A stretch of DNA of 64,000 bases from Callorhinchus milii (taxonomy: Eukaryota). Below the pieces are notes generated by a model. It was not told the origin of the DNA, did no database searches, and worked only from the letters and a program-made list of their open reading frames with translations. Both the position numbers and the translations under genes were made by a program. Every line of letters starts with the position of its first letter. The stretch's first letter is position 1. The stretch spans positions 37,822,001-37,886,000 of the forward strand of contig NW_024704743.1 of assembly GCF_018977255.1 (NCBI RefSeq), read 5' to 3'. This document shows positions 1-13,015 of the stretch, piece by piece.

Positions 1-984
1 TTCTATTCATTAGAAGTGTACGCCAAATATGTCCTATTCCTCCAGCACCACCTGGTGATTAGGGACTTGAATCTTGACACATTGTCCTTTTTAAATATGA
101 ATCATTATTGATCCAGTTACAGCGTTCTCGCTTTACATGAGGTAAATCGCTTCCTTTGTGGATCTATGTATTGACATGACATTTTAATCTGTTTGACCCA
201 CCACTTGAAAATGCTAAAACGATGTCTACAAAGTCACTTTTGCAAGTGGTATTTTAAAACATAAAATATGTGCTCCTGATATACAACAGCAAATAGTTCA
301 TGCAGCTTTGGGCTTCTGTTCAGTGTACAACTAACCAGCACGTTATTTAATTGGCATGGTATTCCTGAAATGTTATTAAAGAAGTGTTGCATTAACAACT
401 TTCCTGCAATTTATTTTCACTGAATATACTTAACAATCCTGCTTTCATTTGTGCTGTACTGTATCCATGCATGCATTGTGATAGAACAGTGGTATTTTAC
501 AGTAACCTCCTGAGAACTCATCACTCCAAAAGGGCTCAGCAACTGGTTATCTGGAGTGGCTAGTTAGACAATAGGTCCTCCCGGGCCACAAGTGGGTGCT
601 GTGACTGGTGCAGGCACTCGGCAGAGGTTGGGCACGCATACTCATATGCATCTCGGAGGCTTCAAGTCTATTGGAGAGCTGCTCAAGTGCTTGAGTACAA
701 GCCAGGATTGAGTAATCTGGAGTTTACTGTATATCCAGTATCTGTATTGTGATGCAGTAGTGGCAATTGCATTGCATAAAAGTTGTGTGTGAGAGGTAGA
801 TAATACCAATAGTAGTAATACCAACTACAGGGTCATCAATATATCATACAATCATACATTCAAAACACAACATCATTCTGACGACATTTACTTATTTTTC
901 TCTTTCGGGTGCTGTGCATTTCCAGCAGGAGATGTAAAATGCAAAGAAAAGATATAGAAAGCTGTCAACTGGAACCAAGACAAT

Positions 985-2630
985 GTTAGGGAGCAACTTG
1001 GGGAAATTAATATTAGTAAAGAAATGGTTTTAGGTAAATTGTCAGGTCTTAAAACTGATAAATCCCCTGGACCTGATGGCCGACATCCTAGGGTTTTAAA
1101 AGAGATGGCTACTGAGATAGTGGATGGCTTGTCTTTGATCTTCCAAAATTCTCTGGATTCTGGAATGATTCCCATTGATTGGAAGATTGCAAACCTAACA
1201 CCACTATTTAAGAAGGGTGGGAGAGAAAAGATGGGGAACTATAGACCAGTTAGTCTGACATCAGTGGTTGGGAAAATTCTTGAGTCCTTAATTAAGGATG
1301 TTGTTATGGGATTCCCGGAAGACCATAACAAAATTAGGCAGAGTCAACATGGCTTTACAAAAGGGAAGTCATGCTTAAATAATCTTTTAGAGTTTTTTGA
1401 AGATGTATCTAGCAGGTTAGAGAGGGGGGAACCAGTAGATGTAGTATATTTAGATTTTAAGAAGGCATTTGACAAAGTGCCACACAAAAGGCTATTGCAC
1501 AAGGTTAAGGCCCACGGGATTAATGGGAACATATTAGCATGGATTGAAGAGTGGCTAACGGGTAGAAAACAGAGAGTAGGGATAAACGGGTCATTCTCGA
1601 ATTGGCAGGATGTGACTAGTGGAGTGCCACAAGGATCAGTGCTTGGGCCTCAGCTATTTACAATTTACATCAATGATCTAGACGAGGACATTGAATGTAA
1701 CGTATCTAAATTCGCAGATGACACTAAACTAGGTGGGAGAGTAAGCTCTGAGGATGATGCAGAAAGATTGCAACGGGATATAGATAGGCGAGGGGAGTGG
1801 GCGAGTAGGTGGCAGATGGAATTTAATGTGGGGAAGTGTGAAGTTATTCACCTAGGTAGCAAAAATAGAAAAACAGATTATTTTCTAGATGGGGAAAGAT
1901 TAGATAGTGTTAGTGTTCAGAGGGATTTGGGTGTCCTTGTACACCAGTCTCAAAAAGTTAGTTTGCAGGTGCAGCAAGCAACTAAGAAGGCGAACGGCAT
2001 GTTAGCGTTCATTGCAAAAGGTTTAGAGTACAAGAGTAGGGAAGTCTTGCTGCAATTGTAGAGGGCCTTGGTGAGACCGCCCTAGAGTATTGTGTGCAGT
2101 TTTGGTCTCCCTATTTAAAAAAGGACATACTTGCCCTAGAGGGGGTGCAGCGTAGATTCACTAGGTTAGTTCCTGGGATGAGAGGACTAACCTATGAGGA
2201 TAGGCTGAATAAACTAGGGCTGTATTCTCTAAAGTACAGAAGAATTAGGGGAGATCTCATTGAAACATATAAGATTCGTAAAGGGCTGGATAAAGCAGAC
2301 ACTGAGGGTCTGTTTCCCCTGGTAGGAGAATCTATAACCAGGGGTCATAGTCTTAAAATTAATGGTCAGCTTTTTAGAGTTGAGGAAACATTTCTTCACT
2401 CAGAGGGTGGTGAATTTATGGAATTCACTACCCCAGAAGGCTGTAGATGCTCGGTCCTTGAACATCTTCAAGGCTGAGACTGATAGATTTTTAAAAAATA
2501 GAGGATTAGGGGATACGGGGATAGGACAGGTAATTAGAGTTAGGTCAGAAGATCAGCCATGATCTTATCGAATGGCGGGGCAGGCTCGAGGGGCCGAATG
2601 GCCTACTCCTGCTCCTAATTCTTATGTTCT
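985..2630 (+). mobile_element. CR1 LINE, 5'-truncated ORF2 (RT) plus 3' UTR, inactive
   Basis: ORF 1024-2061 has [45 protein letters not shown]; premature TAG at 2059 and a frameshift near 2370; 3' end gggccgaatggcctactcctgctcct...cttatgttct. Confidence 0.95.
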
Positions 2631-3454
2631 AACACTGTGATGGTATTTTTCATACTTAAATCTGGTACATCGGCCGAGTGTCTAAGCGGCACTGTAGAAC
2701 TGAACACTATAGAACATTGTCTACATCTCGTGTCTACTAAGGCCATTCTTACTTTCTCTGCTTAATCAAAGTGTCCTATCAAGAAATAACCTTAACTATG
2801 TCAACATGCAGTGTCCCAAATATGTGGAACTGCCAATCCAGTTTATATAAGGACACTATACACTCAAAATAAAACCATCTGGAAAGCCTAGGAACAGACT
2901 TTGGCTGTGTGCTAACAATCATGCTGTTTAAGACCAATATTAGTTGAAAGATTAAATGAATGTGTTCAGCGATATAAACGGTGGAGACTCAGCGAGTGAC
3001 TAGTTAGACATAGGTCCTCCCGGGCCACAAGTTGGTGCTGTGACTGGTGCAGGCACTTGGCAGAGGTTGGGCACGCATACTAGTTACTGTAAAACTGTCA
3101 GCAGCTAACCATTTATTTCTTTGATCAGCACTGAAGGATCAAAGTAACAATTCTGGTTGAACCACAAAAGTGGTACAATACATGCTAAAGTGAACAATTA
3201 AGGAGAAACAAATTGTGTTTAGAGCTGAAAGTTAAACTTGCAAACTGGGTTTGACATTAATCTTTTGATAGTATTGACATCTTCCCTTCCAACAACAATG
3301 TTTAGCTTTCTACAGGTGCTGGTACACGTCTTAAATACAATTGCTGAATGAGATAATTCTAAACTTCAAGTGGGGAAAAATAAACATTTCGTCTAAAAGA
3401 GGAAACCAAGCTTCTTAGAAGATCGGAAATAGAGTTGATGTCCTAAACATTTTC

Positions 3455-3690
3455 TGTTGGAATTCTGGTGACCAGAACTGCATGGTCAAGGTGTGACCTG
3501 ACCATAGCCCAGTGCAGCCTGAGTATGTTGTCTGGAGATCTAAATGCAACTGATTTTGCAATGTAGCTCAGCATCCTGTTTGCCTTGTTTATTGCTGCCT
3601 TACACTGTTTTGACATAGTGAGCGACAAGTCACTAACACCGTAGATATCTTTCAGGTTCTCTCCATGGCAAGTTCTATCCCATGCAATGG
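3455..3690 (-). mobile_element. Old CR1 fragment
   Basis: ORF 3443-3628 KQCKAAINKANRMLSYI...LHWAMVRSHLDHAV matches the CR1 ORF2 C-terminal region. Confidence 0.75.
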
Positions 3691-3779
3691 AGTACTTGTG
3701 TTTCCTATTCTTGCATCACACCAAGATCATGTTGAGGTACGCAAGTCAATGTGAACAAATGGATTTCCTGCTGACCATG

Positions 3780-4120
3780 CAGTTTACTCTGTGTGGCTGT
3801 TTCTGGTGGTCAGTCATCAGTAATGCTACTACTTTTCTGAGGTGTGCTTTCCAATCCACTGTTTGTTGCTTCAAATCCCTCTGTGCTTTGCTCCACCATA
3901 CCTGAGCGAAATTGCTCAGCCCTATACATCTTACCATCACTCTCTGAATGTTTTGGCTCTGGTTTTCTGCCCGTACCTTATTCTTCCTACTTCATCATTG
4001 GAGGTCATGTCACTCGGTGTCTTCTGTAAGCCTCTTCTCAAACCTTTTCACGTTTCTACTACTCTTCCTGATTTCAAACAGCCTCCTAACAATCTATCTC
4101 TTCAGCCCACTTTTTGTAAG
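3780..4120 (+). mobile_element. Old L2 LINE 3' fragment
   Basis: Frameshifted FKSL...APPYLSE..QPY motif typical of the L2 ORF2 C-terminus. Confidence 0.6.
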
Positions 4121-5350
4121 CCCAATGCAAGCCATTCCTGTTGTTGTGGCTGCTTCCTTGTTAAAGAACATTTCGGGAGAAGGGAAGAAATGTTCCAGTC
4201 TTAAATTCCAGAAACAATGTTAAAAAGTATTCAATACATTAATTGGTACGTCCACAAATAGCCTCATTCAAGACACCTCCTCTCTCCCGAGCATCTGGTA
4301 CCACAGAGAGAGAGCGATAAACCTTCAAAGATAACGTATCTGAAACATCCATTTTTGGCTGCCTGCCACTGAGGTGACTGGGGATCATTCTTCTTGTTTC
4401 TGAAAACTGATTCCAGAATCGCAATGCATATCAAAGGCCAAGAGTTGTCTGGAACTCAAGGACCATGACTTTAATCTATTGGACCCTTTTTTTAAAAAAA
4501 AGAGTCATACATACATTCTAAATGATCTTCAGGCACTCCTGCTGTTGACTGCAAGGGTCAATTCTGTATTTAATTGTATTTAATTTAAATCAAATTGTTA
4601 ACTCAAATTTGTGAGTCTTTTTGTGGTTCAGAACCCCGAGACAATCAATGTGCATGATACAGAAAGGTACAGTTACTGCTCTGGAGAACAGAATATATAG
4701 TTGCAGGAGTTTTCTTAGTAGTTTCTTTATCTTCTTTCCGGGTCTGTTCCAACTCCAGGCTGGTTAGTGCCCAATATCAGTTAATAAGACCATCTGGTTT
4801 ATCTCACAGATTCAGTTTCCTTGTTTGTATTCCTCAATGCCCCCCAGCCACCAGACCACCTTATTAAAACAATCCTTCGCCCTTCTCTACATGACTGACA
4901 TTAGATAAGCACTGAAAGTGAACCTAATTACACCACTTATTCACCTTGCTTTTCACCTAACACAGACCATCTTTCACATATATGAACCATCTTTCCCATA
5001 CTGTAACCTTTTTCCCACATAACTATACCAGGCTGAGCAAGGACATTAGATAAAAGAAAGACAGACAGGAATCACTTCTTGCAGGTAAACAAGTTATACA
5101 AGTACATAAGCTAGGACATTAGAAACAAAAAGATAGCATAATACTAATCGTTACATTTGATAGTGGGATGCATCACATCGCTGATATGTCTCAAAGAGCT
5201 TCACAGAATATAATGTAAAGTGTAGTGATTGTGTATTTTGTGGGCATAAGCGTGGCAGCCAATTGTTCACAATAGTATCCCACAAACAGTCATTTTGATA
5301 CAAAAGTCACAAGAGTACAATCATCAATGAAATTTCATTTAAAGGTACGG

Positions 5351-5570
5351 TAATAATAATAATAACAATAATAATCCTTGCAATTGATATAGCGCTTTTC
5401 ACGTCGGGAGGACGTCCCAAAGCGCTTCACAGAACACACTGTAAAGTGAATTGACTGTATATTTGTGGGCGAACGTGGCAGTCAATTGCGCACAGCAATG
5501 TCCCACAAACAGTCGTAGATTGAAAATGACCAATTTATTATTGTTTTTGATTTTGGAGGGATTATTACAA
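5351..5570 (-). mobile_element. tRNA-derived SINE, 3' half
   Basis: Same body and (TAT)n tail as the full copies at 7646 and 58393. Confidence 0.85.
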
Positions 5571-6429
5571 ATGTTCTCACAAATGTACAAATGTTCAATT
5601 ATTTTCCATTTCAGGTAAAATACATCGTAATAAAACGTAATAATCAACTTAAAATGTTATCAATCTACAGTGTTAATATTATTACAAATATATGTTTCAT
5701 GGTGGCAAAGTGTAGCAATAGTGTATGTGCATTATTCCAATCAGGGCACCTGTTCTAGAAGCTTTGATTAAAAGGGTTATGATGTCTCTCTGTTCCAATA
5801 CCATATTTGTTTGGTGTTCACCCAAACCTGCACTCATAGGACCACGCTCATCAAAATTCAGCAAAACATCTTTTGTAAAATGTAATTAAAATGAACTCTT
5901 AAAACACCAATCTAATGTAAAATTACATACAAACATTATACAGCAGAAAGTGAAGATTTTTAAAGCAGATCTCTCTCATGAAGACTTATTAGTCTAATTG
6001 GGCATTCACTAAAAATAGCCCAATGTTAGAATCGCATTAATAGGATAATAATGCAGTTTATTGGCCTTTAGGTTTTCCCTATGGCCAGTGTTTTGCTTTG
6101 GCCTGAAAACATTTCTTGCAAAAAAAACAATTGAGTTTGTTAAGTGCCTGTCAAAGGGCATTTGGAGAATCCTTCTGAAAACGTGCTGTTTGGGCAGATT
6201 TCTCTAATTCAGACCTGAGTTGAAAGCTACCAAATCCAGCAGTGGGAAACTGTGCACGCTATATGTGTTCAGTCATGCAAGTTCATTTAGAGGCTGTGCT
6301 AGGCACTGCTCTGTGAGCTAGGAATAGAGCAACTGGAAAATCAAAGCACAGATCAAACGAACAATTTTATTTTGAACATTGAGTGTATGAAATGATTACA
6401 TTGATGTAAGTCTACATTTCTCCTTAGGT

Positions 6430-6720
6430 GCCAGCCTGGCTCAGTTAATAACACACACACTTCTGAGGCAGAAGGTTGGGGGTTCAAGTCCCACGACGAG
6501 ACTTTGAACTCATGTAATCCAGTCTGACACTCCAATGCAAGTCACAGTTAAGAGTAGGAGTGGTTGTGGTAGTTGTGTTTGCTGGAGATGGCAAAGGTAA
6601 GGTGGCGTAAGGCCATGGGGACACTTCAAGGTAAGGACAAGGATCTGAAGTTGTTCAGCTGGGGGATAGGGGGCCAATGGAGCCGAGCAACATGGGTAGA
6701 TTGTTTCACAGCGCTTGGTG
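6430..6720. mobile_element. Older SINE head (+) abutting an L2 fragment (-)
   Basis: gccagcctggctcagtt...ggttcaagtccc A/B-box head; 6575-6720 translates on minus as ...ILVLTLKCPHGLTPPYLCHL. Confidence 0.65.
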
Positions 6721-6929
6721 CTGTGGAGGGTGTAGGCTGGAGCCACCCTGCAATCAGCCAACAAATTTCTACAAATTTAGGCACCTAGAAACAGGCATTC
6801 GGTTTAATCTGTTTCTCAAGACTAAATTTCTCATCCTATGCGGGGAAGCAAGATAACAAGACCTGTCAGGCTCTATTGGGTCAAGTCACATATTGTTGTA
6901 ATGCCTTCTCACGAATTTTAGCTCGTTTT

Positions 6930-7228
6930 TCGACCTGTCCATTCCCTCCGATCAACGGGCTCCAGCCAGCTCCCCGTCCCTCTCTCAGCCTCTCTGCTCC
7001 CACCCTTTTGAACTCCATCTCACAGTCCCTTCGCCTCCATCCCTCACCTCCTTCAAGACCCATCTCAAGACCCCTTCTTCGACCACGCTTTGGACACCCT
7101 CCTACCCCTACCTCCATCCTTCCTGATCCCAACCCGCAGCTCGGGTCCAAATTCCTAATTGTCCAGCGCCTTGGAACATCCTCCCAATGTGAAAGGTGCT
7201 ATATAAATTTAATTTATTGTTTTTATTG
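6930..7228 (+). mobile_element. L2 LINE 3' end
   Basis: Pyrimidine-rich L2 end with gtccagcgccttgg...gtgaaaggtgctatataaat tail. Confidence 0.85.
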
Positions 7229-7645
7229 TGCTCTTGATATTGGAGGATAGTGATCCAATTTGGACTTCTATTCTGTCTCAAAGGCCTTGCTGGTAACACC
7301 TCCATGACCACAAATTGAAGTTAATGGCAATACAATGAGTGCTTAGGTGCTGGACTGGAAGTAGTCAATCAGGTTGATTGACTGCCTTCAGTCCAGCACC
7401 TGAGCCCAGATTGACTGACTGAAGTTCCTGATGGAATTGGCATCAATCAGATAGTCCATCCCATGTAATGCCCTTTGTGTATTAAATCTCATCAGCACTG
7501 TGTCACGATGGTAGTTTCAGTAAGGTGGATTTTAAAGGGAGTTTAAAGCTGCTTGTGTGGGCTGGTTTAGTGCAAGTTGCAGTGCCTTCAACAGTTGGGC
7601 TTGCTTTTCGTCTGTGTTGCAGGATTTGTTGCTTTTTAACGTACC

Positions 7646-8032
7646 GTAGTCCTGTATCTTAGTGGTTAGAGCACTCGCCTCGTAAGCAAGAGGACCTGGG
7701 TTCAATCCCAAGTAAGGGGAAACCTTGAGCAAGTTTCCTTACTCCACACACCTCTGCTACCTAGCAGTAAGTAGGATCCCAGTTGTTAGTCAATTGGCGG
7801 ACCACTTTTCTGGGAGTAATAATCCATTAAAAAAAATAAAAATAATAATTTGGTCACTCAATCCACGACTATTTGTGGGACACTGCTGTGCACAATTGGC
7901 TGCTGCATTTCACCCACAAATATAAGTCAATTCACTTTACAGTGTATTCTGTGAAGCGCTTTGAGACGTCTCAAAGATGCGTGATAATACGCTATATCAA
8001 ATGCAAGGATTATTATTATATTGTATTATTAC
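7646..8032 (+). mobile_element. Full-length tRNA(Ala)-derived SINE with L2-like tail
   Basis: Head gtcctgtatcttagtggttagagcactcgcctcgtaagcaagag...ggttcaatccc, central gcaagtttccttactccacac domain, 3' gcgctatatcaaatgcaagg(att)n; resembles elephant-shark SINE2-1_CM from memory (not verified). Confidence 0.88.
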
Positions 8033-8193
8033 TATAGTTGACATTGCGGAAGAAGCACTCATGCCAGCCACAGTTGGTTACTAACAATTCAAAGTTATTG
8101 TGGTCCACTGCCAATAGATCAGGCAAACCATGAGCGGAGGGCAACGAGAGTAAGGGATGTCAACTCCCTTATCCGTTCCTTCTCCACGCTCAC

Positions 8194-8446
8194 AGTTTCC
8201 GCACATCGGAGTGTTCTTTATTCCCCTCCAGGCTTCTCGCAGACCATCCACGCGCTTCCCTTTTCATAGGCAGGCTGGATGATCTCATTGGAAGAGCTCT
8301 GCTCCCACCTATTGGCGGACACTGTGTTGGAGGTCCAACTGAAAGGTCATCCTCTTGGAGCCTGAAGTCTTGTGCTAGTGCTGCTCGTCCCTCTACACCG
8401 GGAGCACAACCCTTGCAGTCAGTCAGCTCCTTCCAATCAATAGAAA
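8194..8446 (-). CDS. NEK11: Candidate NEK11 linker or alternative terminal exon, 253 nt, phase 1 to 2 (or read-through to TGA at 8190-8192)
   Basis: tacttttcag|TTTCTATTGATTGG...CGGAAACT|gtgagc; open 84 codons in the phase required by 18863-19004 (SIDWKELTDCKG...HSDVRKL); unique sequence; no homology recognised. Confidence 0.5.
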
Positions 8447-8604
8447 CTGAAAAGTAACTCATTCTGCAGTCAAAGGGATTGCATTTTATTTAAAAACATA
8501 GCTTTGACAGCAGAATTTCGGACAATCTCAGAGAATGTTAGAAGAGGAGTCCCTACTTGGATATTAATATATATAAATAACTAACTAACTAACTAAATAA
8601 ATAC

Positions 8605-8950
8605 ATAAATAAATAAATAATAATCCTTGCATTTGATATCACCTTATCACGTCTTCGAGACGGTTTAAAGCACTTCACAGAATACACTATAAAGTGATTC
8701 AACTGTATACTTTTGTGGGCAAAACTTGGCAGCCAATTGCACACAGCATTGTCCGACAAACAGTTGTGGATTGAGCGACCAATTTTTTTTAAGGAATTAT
8801 TACCCCCTGAAAAGCGATCTGCCAATCGACTAACAACTGGGTTCCTTCTTACTGCTAGGTAAACAGTGGTGTGTGGAGTAAGGAAACTTGCCCAACGTTT
8901 CGCCCTGCCCAGGAATCGAACCCAGGTCTTCTCATTTGCAAGGCAAGTGC
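8605..8950 (-). mobile_element. tRNA-derived SINE (same family)
   Basis: Reverse complement of the 7646 family, head slightly truncated. Confidence 0.88.
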
Positions 8951-9019
8951 TATAAGTTTGCACAGAGTTTTGTAAAATTCTTAAATTACATCTTAATGTG
9001 GAAGCAGGTTTTCCATAGT

Positions 9020-9750
9020 TCCTGGAGTGTATTGGTTAACGCAATTGAGAGGACCCGGGTTCGATTCATGCGCAGAGTGAAATAATAGGCACGTTTTCTT
9101 ACTCCACATGCCTATTTACCTAGCAGGAACCTAGTTGTTAGTCAATTGGCAGATCACTTTTCTGGGGGTAATAATCCTTTCCAAAAAAAATTTATAATTT
9201 GGTCACTCAATCCACGACTACTGTGCGCAATTGGCTGCTGTGTTTCACCCACAAGTTATACAGTCAATTCACTTTACAGTACATTCTGTGAAGTGCTATG
9301 AGATGAAGTATTAAAGCCTAATATCAAATGCAAGGATTATTATTTTTATTATACACACACACATACAGATGTTTATGAACCCACGGGTGGGATAAAACCC
9401 AAGACAAGTTTCCTTCCAGTAAGTAGGAACCAAGTTGTTAGTTGATTGGCAGATCGCTTTCCAGGGGTAATAACACCTCTCTAAAAAGAATTTTGGTCAC
9501 TCAATCCACAAATAATAATCCCTCCAAAACCAAAAACAATAATAAATTAATCATTTTCAATCTACGACTGTTTGTGGGACATTGCTGTGCGCAATTGGCT
9601 GCCGCGTTCGCCCACAAATATACAGTCAATTCACTTTACAGTATGTTCTGTGAAGCGCTTTGGGACGTCCTCCTGACGTGAAAAGCGCTATATCAAATGC
9701 AAGGATTATTATTATTATTATTATTATAACCACTGAGCTACAGGACTCCA
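9020..9750 (+). mobile_element. Two tandem SINE copies (about 9020-9350 and 9415-9727) plus an inverted head scrap (9728-9750)
   Basis: Family body and tail seen twice; taaccactgagctacaggactccac is the reverse complement of the SINE 5' end. Confidence 0.8.
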
Positions 9751-9774
9751 CAATATGGAGCTGTTAGAGGTATA

Positions 9775-9862
9775 ATGGGGGTGTTTGGGGTATATGGGGG
9801 TTTAGGGGTATATGGGGAGATTTGGGGCATGTTAGGGGTATATGGGGGGAGGAGGGGGTTGG
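9775..9862 (+). repeat. G-rich degenerate minisatellite (ggggtatatgggg units)
   Basis: Several ggggtatatgggg units and more than four G-runs. Confidence 0.8.
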
Positions 9863-11255
9863 TTTTATTATATGAAAACAATGGCAGTATGCAAATGTAA
9901 TTGCATTTAGTTCACAGAAATCCATACCCCTTTTTAAGAAAAATGATATGAATCCTCCATCACTAATTCTGCAGAAATACACCTCGTACATCCTGTGTTT
10001 TTTTTTGTAGTCTATGAATCAATAACATTGGTCTGCAATTCTTGCTGTTGACTTCATCGGAAACATCATAAGAAAACCTAAATTCTCCAGCAAATTAAGT
10101 TCCAGCTTCGGAAATCGGTTTACCTTCCTAAAGTTGGCAAGAGGAATATTAACAAACAATGTATGACTGGTAGATTTATATTTCAAGGGGAATAAATTAA
10201 AAACTGTTTGAAGAAAAGTCAGATGTATACCATTAGCTACATTGTCTCCCTTCCCCTTCAGTACCGACCCCCAGAAATCCAGAAATACATTTTAAATCAT
10301 TTAAAACTTCCAGACCATCCAACAAATGGTCCAAGAGCTTTGATTAGTCCACAAGCCAAGTGGAATTTAAACTCTCTGTTCATATTGCATTCGCCCACAT
10401 TACACAGTCATTCCACTTTGCAATATATCCTGTGAAGCTGTTTGAGATGTCTTCCTGACATGCAAGGTGCATGACATCCAAATGTATATTATGATGGGTG
10501 TAACGCAGACAACTTCTGGACACTATCCTCCAAATAGTGTCAGGAATGAAGGCACCAGTCACCCATAATATGGTGATCGGCTATCCAGTGTAAACTGCTA
10601 TTGCTATTTTCATTAAATATAGGCTTGGCTCTTTTATGACCATGGTGTTTGGCATTCTAACACAAACCCTTTCCATGCTGTTGGAGTCTGCCAACGGTAC
10701 TTTATTGTTACATTATCCAAAACACCCCAAGTACAACCTTGAAAAACTTGCCCAAAAATAAATTAGATTCTGTTGCTGCTACAAATGAGGTCCTGTCATC
10801 TTCACTCAACGCAACACAGAGAGAGACACTCATTAAAAAACAACTCTGCCTAAGATCATACCCTTCTAGAAACCTCAAAACTCATTAATTGTGAAATTGA
10901 GGTGAAATCTCAGGAAAACACCTGGCAATGTAACCTACTTTCTGACAACGTACAGATAACAGAAGACACTAATGAGTGAAATGCATTACTTTCCGCTTTA
11001 GTGAAACATTGCTATGGACTTTATATAAAGCAAGTCATCTATCCTTTTTTCCCCTCTCCCCCCACTGTCTTTGCAAAAGCATTTCCAAGGCATGTCTCAT
11101 CAACAGTCAGCTTGGAAGCCTAAAGCTTGAAGCCAGAAAATGAGCGTAGAAGGGATCAAGACAAACATGGACATCAAAACAATACCTGCTGCACAATCTG
11201 AAGAAAAAGCCAGCAATGGCAGGGACTGCTTCTAATACATTTCAACACCACATTA

Positions 11256-11590
11256 CATATATATATGTAATATATATATATGTACATATATATATATATA
11301 TTTATAGAGCGCCTTTCACATCGAGAGGATGTTACTTGGCTCTGGACAGTCAAGGATTTGCACCTGAGCTGGGGGTTGGGATCAGGAGAGGTGGAGGGCA
11401 GGAAGGATGGGGTAGAAGGGTGACTGAAGGCGCAGTCGAAAAGGACTTAGTATCCAAAGGGTGGGGCAGAAACGCTGAAGCCTGACCACCGATGGTAGGG
11501 TGGGCCAGGTGGGGGACATGGAGCAGGCTGGAGCCCGCTGAATGGAGGGTGCGGACAGGTCTGTATATAGTTAGCAGGTCACAGAGGGAA
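11256..11590 (-). mobile_element. L2 3' end with (TA)n microsatellite at its tail
   Basis: (TA)n 11256-11302, then gcgcctttcacatcgagagga... reverse complement of the L2 3' end. Confidence 0.8.
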
Positions 11591-12779
11591 GAAGCAAACC
11601 AGAGGCTAGGAAAAGTTTTTTTTTGGCTGTAACCTGAAAATTATATCCAGTGCTGCAGAGGCTAAAGCAAGGCATTACCAAAACAACAGTCTTTGGGACC
11701 ATCATCTATCCTTTGATTCCTTCCCACGCAAGGCACGACAGATAAGAAAATGAAACACTGTAGTTCACTGCCTCGATTAGCTAGTTTTCACTGGGTGCTG
11801 AGCGGGACCAAAGTTGATAGACACTTGTTATCAATAGCAGCATATTAAAACTCGCATTTCTCAGGCAGTAATGAAGCTCCACAGGCAGTGTACATCTTCC
11901 ACTGGGCAGTGCAGAACGGTCCTCCTCCTCCGACAAAATAACCAGAGGAAACATTTGGACAGATGTGTGATCAAGCAACACAGATAAAATTATAGGAAGG
12001 GCACCTGACGTAAAAGGCACTATATAAATGTAATTTGTTATTGTTTTTGAAGCATATTTGAAGCAGTCCCTGCCATCTGTGGCTTATTAATTCAGATTGT
12101 GCTGCTTTGTTTTGATGTTTGTCTTGATCACTTCTATGCTCATTTTCAGACTTCAATCTTTAGGCTTCCGAGATGACTATATTATACAATATTTTGTAAC
12201 AGGGGAGAAACATAGGTTTGTGATTCCACAATACTGAGCAGTGTAAACAACATTTTTGATAAAATACCCCAATTATTTTTTTTACTTTTTAAGATAAAAG
12301 AACTTCAGTCAGGGAAAAAGTTGCCTGAGCTCATTTACCTCATTATTTTCTTCTACTATTGAAGTGAGTGTGAATGTCAACCTGTACGTAATCTGTTTCA
12401 AGGTAAGATATCTATTTCCATCCTCTCATTGTTTATCCAGAAGACTGCATGCACTATGATAAAAATGACTACATGGGAGGGGGGGGGGAGCAGGAGTAAT
12501 AAATAGATAACACATAGGAATTGCCCAGTGGTTCTGTAGAAAATGTCAAATCAACTAATTTCCAAATTAGTCCAAATCCTTCAAGATTTGTTTTTACTTT
12601 GGTCATTTTTGAATTGTTCCCTAATACATGAAATTAATCAGCACAGCTCCAGCTCTCACATCTTCCTTTCACCTCTACAGCCTGGTTCAAAACAGAGATG
12701 ATGGCCAACTTTTTGGGGGGCTCTAAGGGCCCAAGGTTTGCTGTCCTAATTCCTAGTGGGGTGGATGGCTCCGCAGGAC

Positions 12780-13015
12780 AAATAATAATAAAAATAATTC
12801 TTGCATTCGATGTAGCATCAATCACATGGTTGAGACGTCTCAAAGTGCTTCACAGGATACACTGTAAAGTTGATTGACTGTGTATTTTTGTGGGAGACAA
12901 TCGGCAGCCAGTTGTGCACAGCAATGTCCCACAAACAGCCATGGAGCTAGTGACCAATTTTATTTGCGGGAGATTTGTTGGCCCCACCACCAGGAAAAAT
13001 TTGCTTCTCTTTTTG
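12780..13015 (-). mobile_element. SINE 3' part (older variant)
   Basis: ttcttgcattcgat...gcagccagttgtgcacagcaatgtcccacaaacagc. Confidence 0.75.

Noticed and set aside
1024..2061. 345-aa RT ORF (and the 312-aa ORF at 31746) as a functional or novel RT system
   Set aside because: Ordinary CR1 ORF2 pieces: 5'-truncated, with stops, frameshifts or deletions and standard CR1 3' tails.
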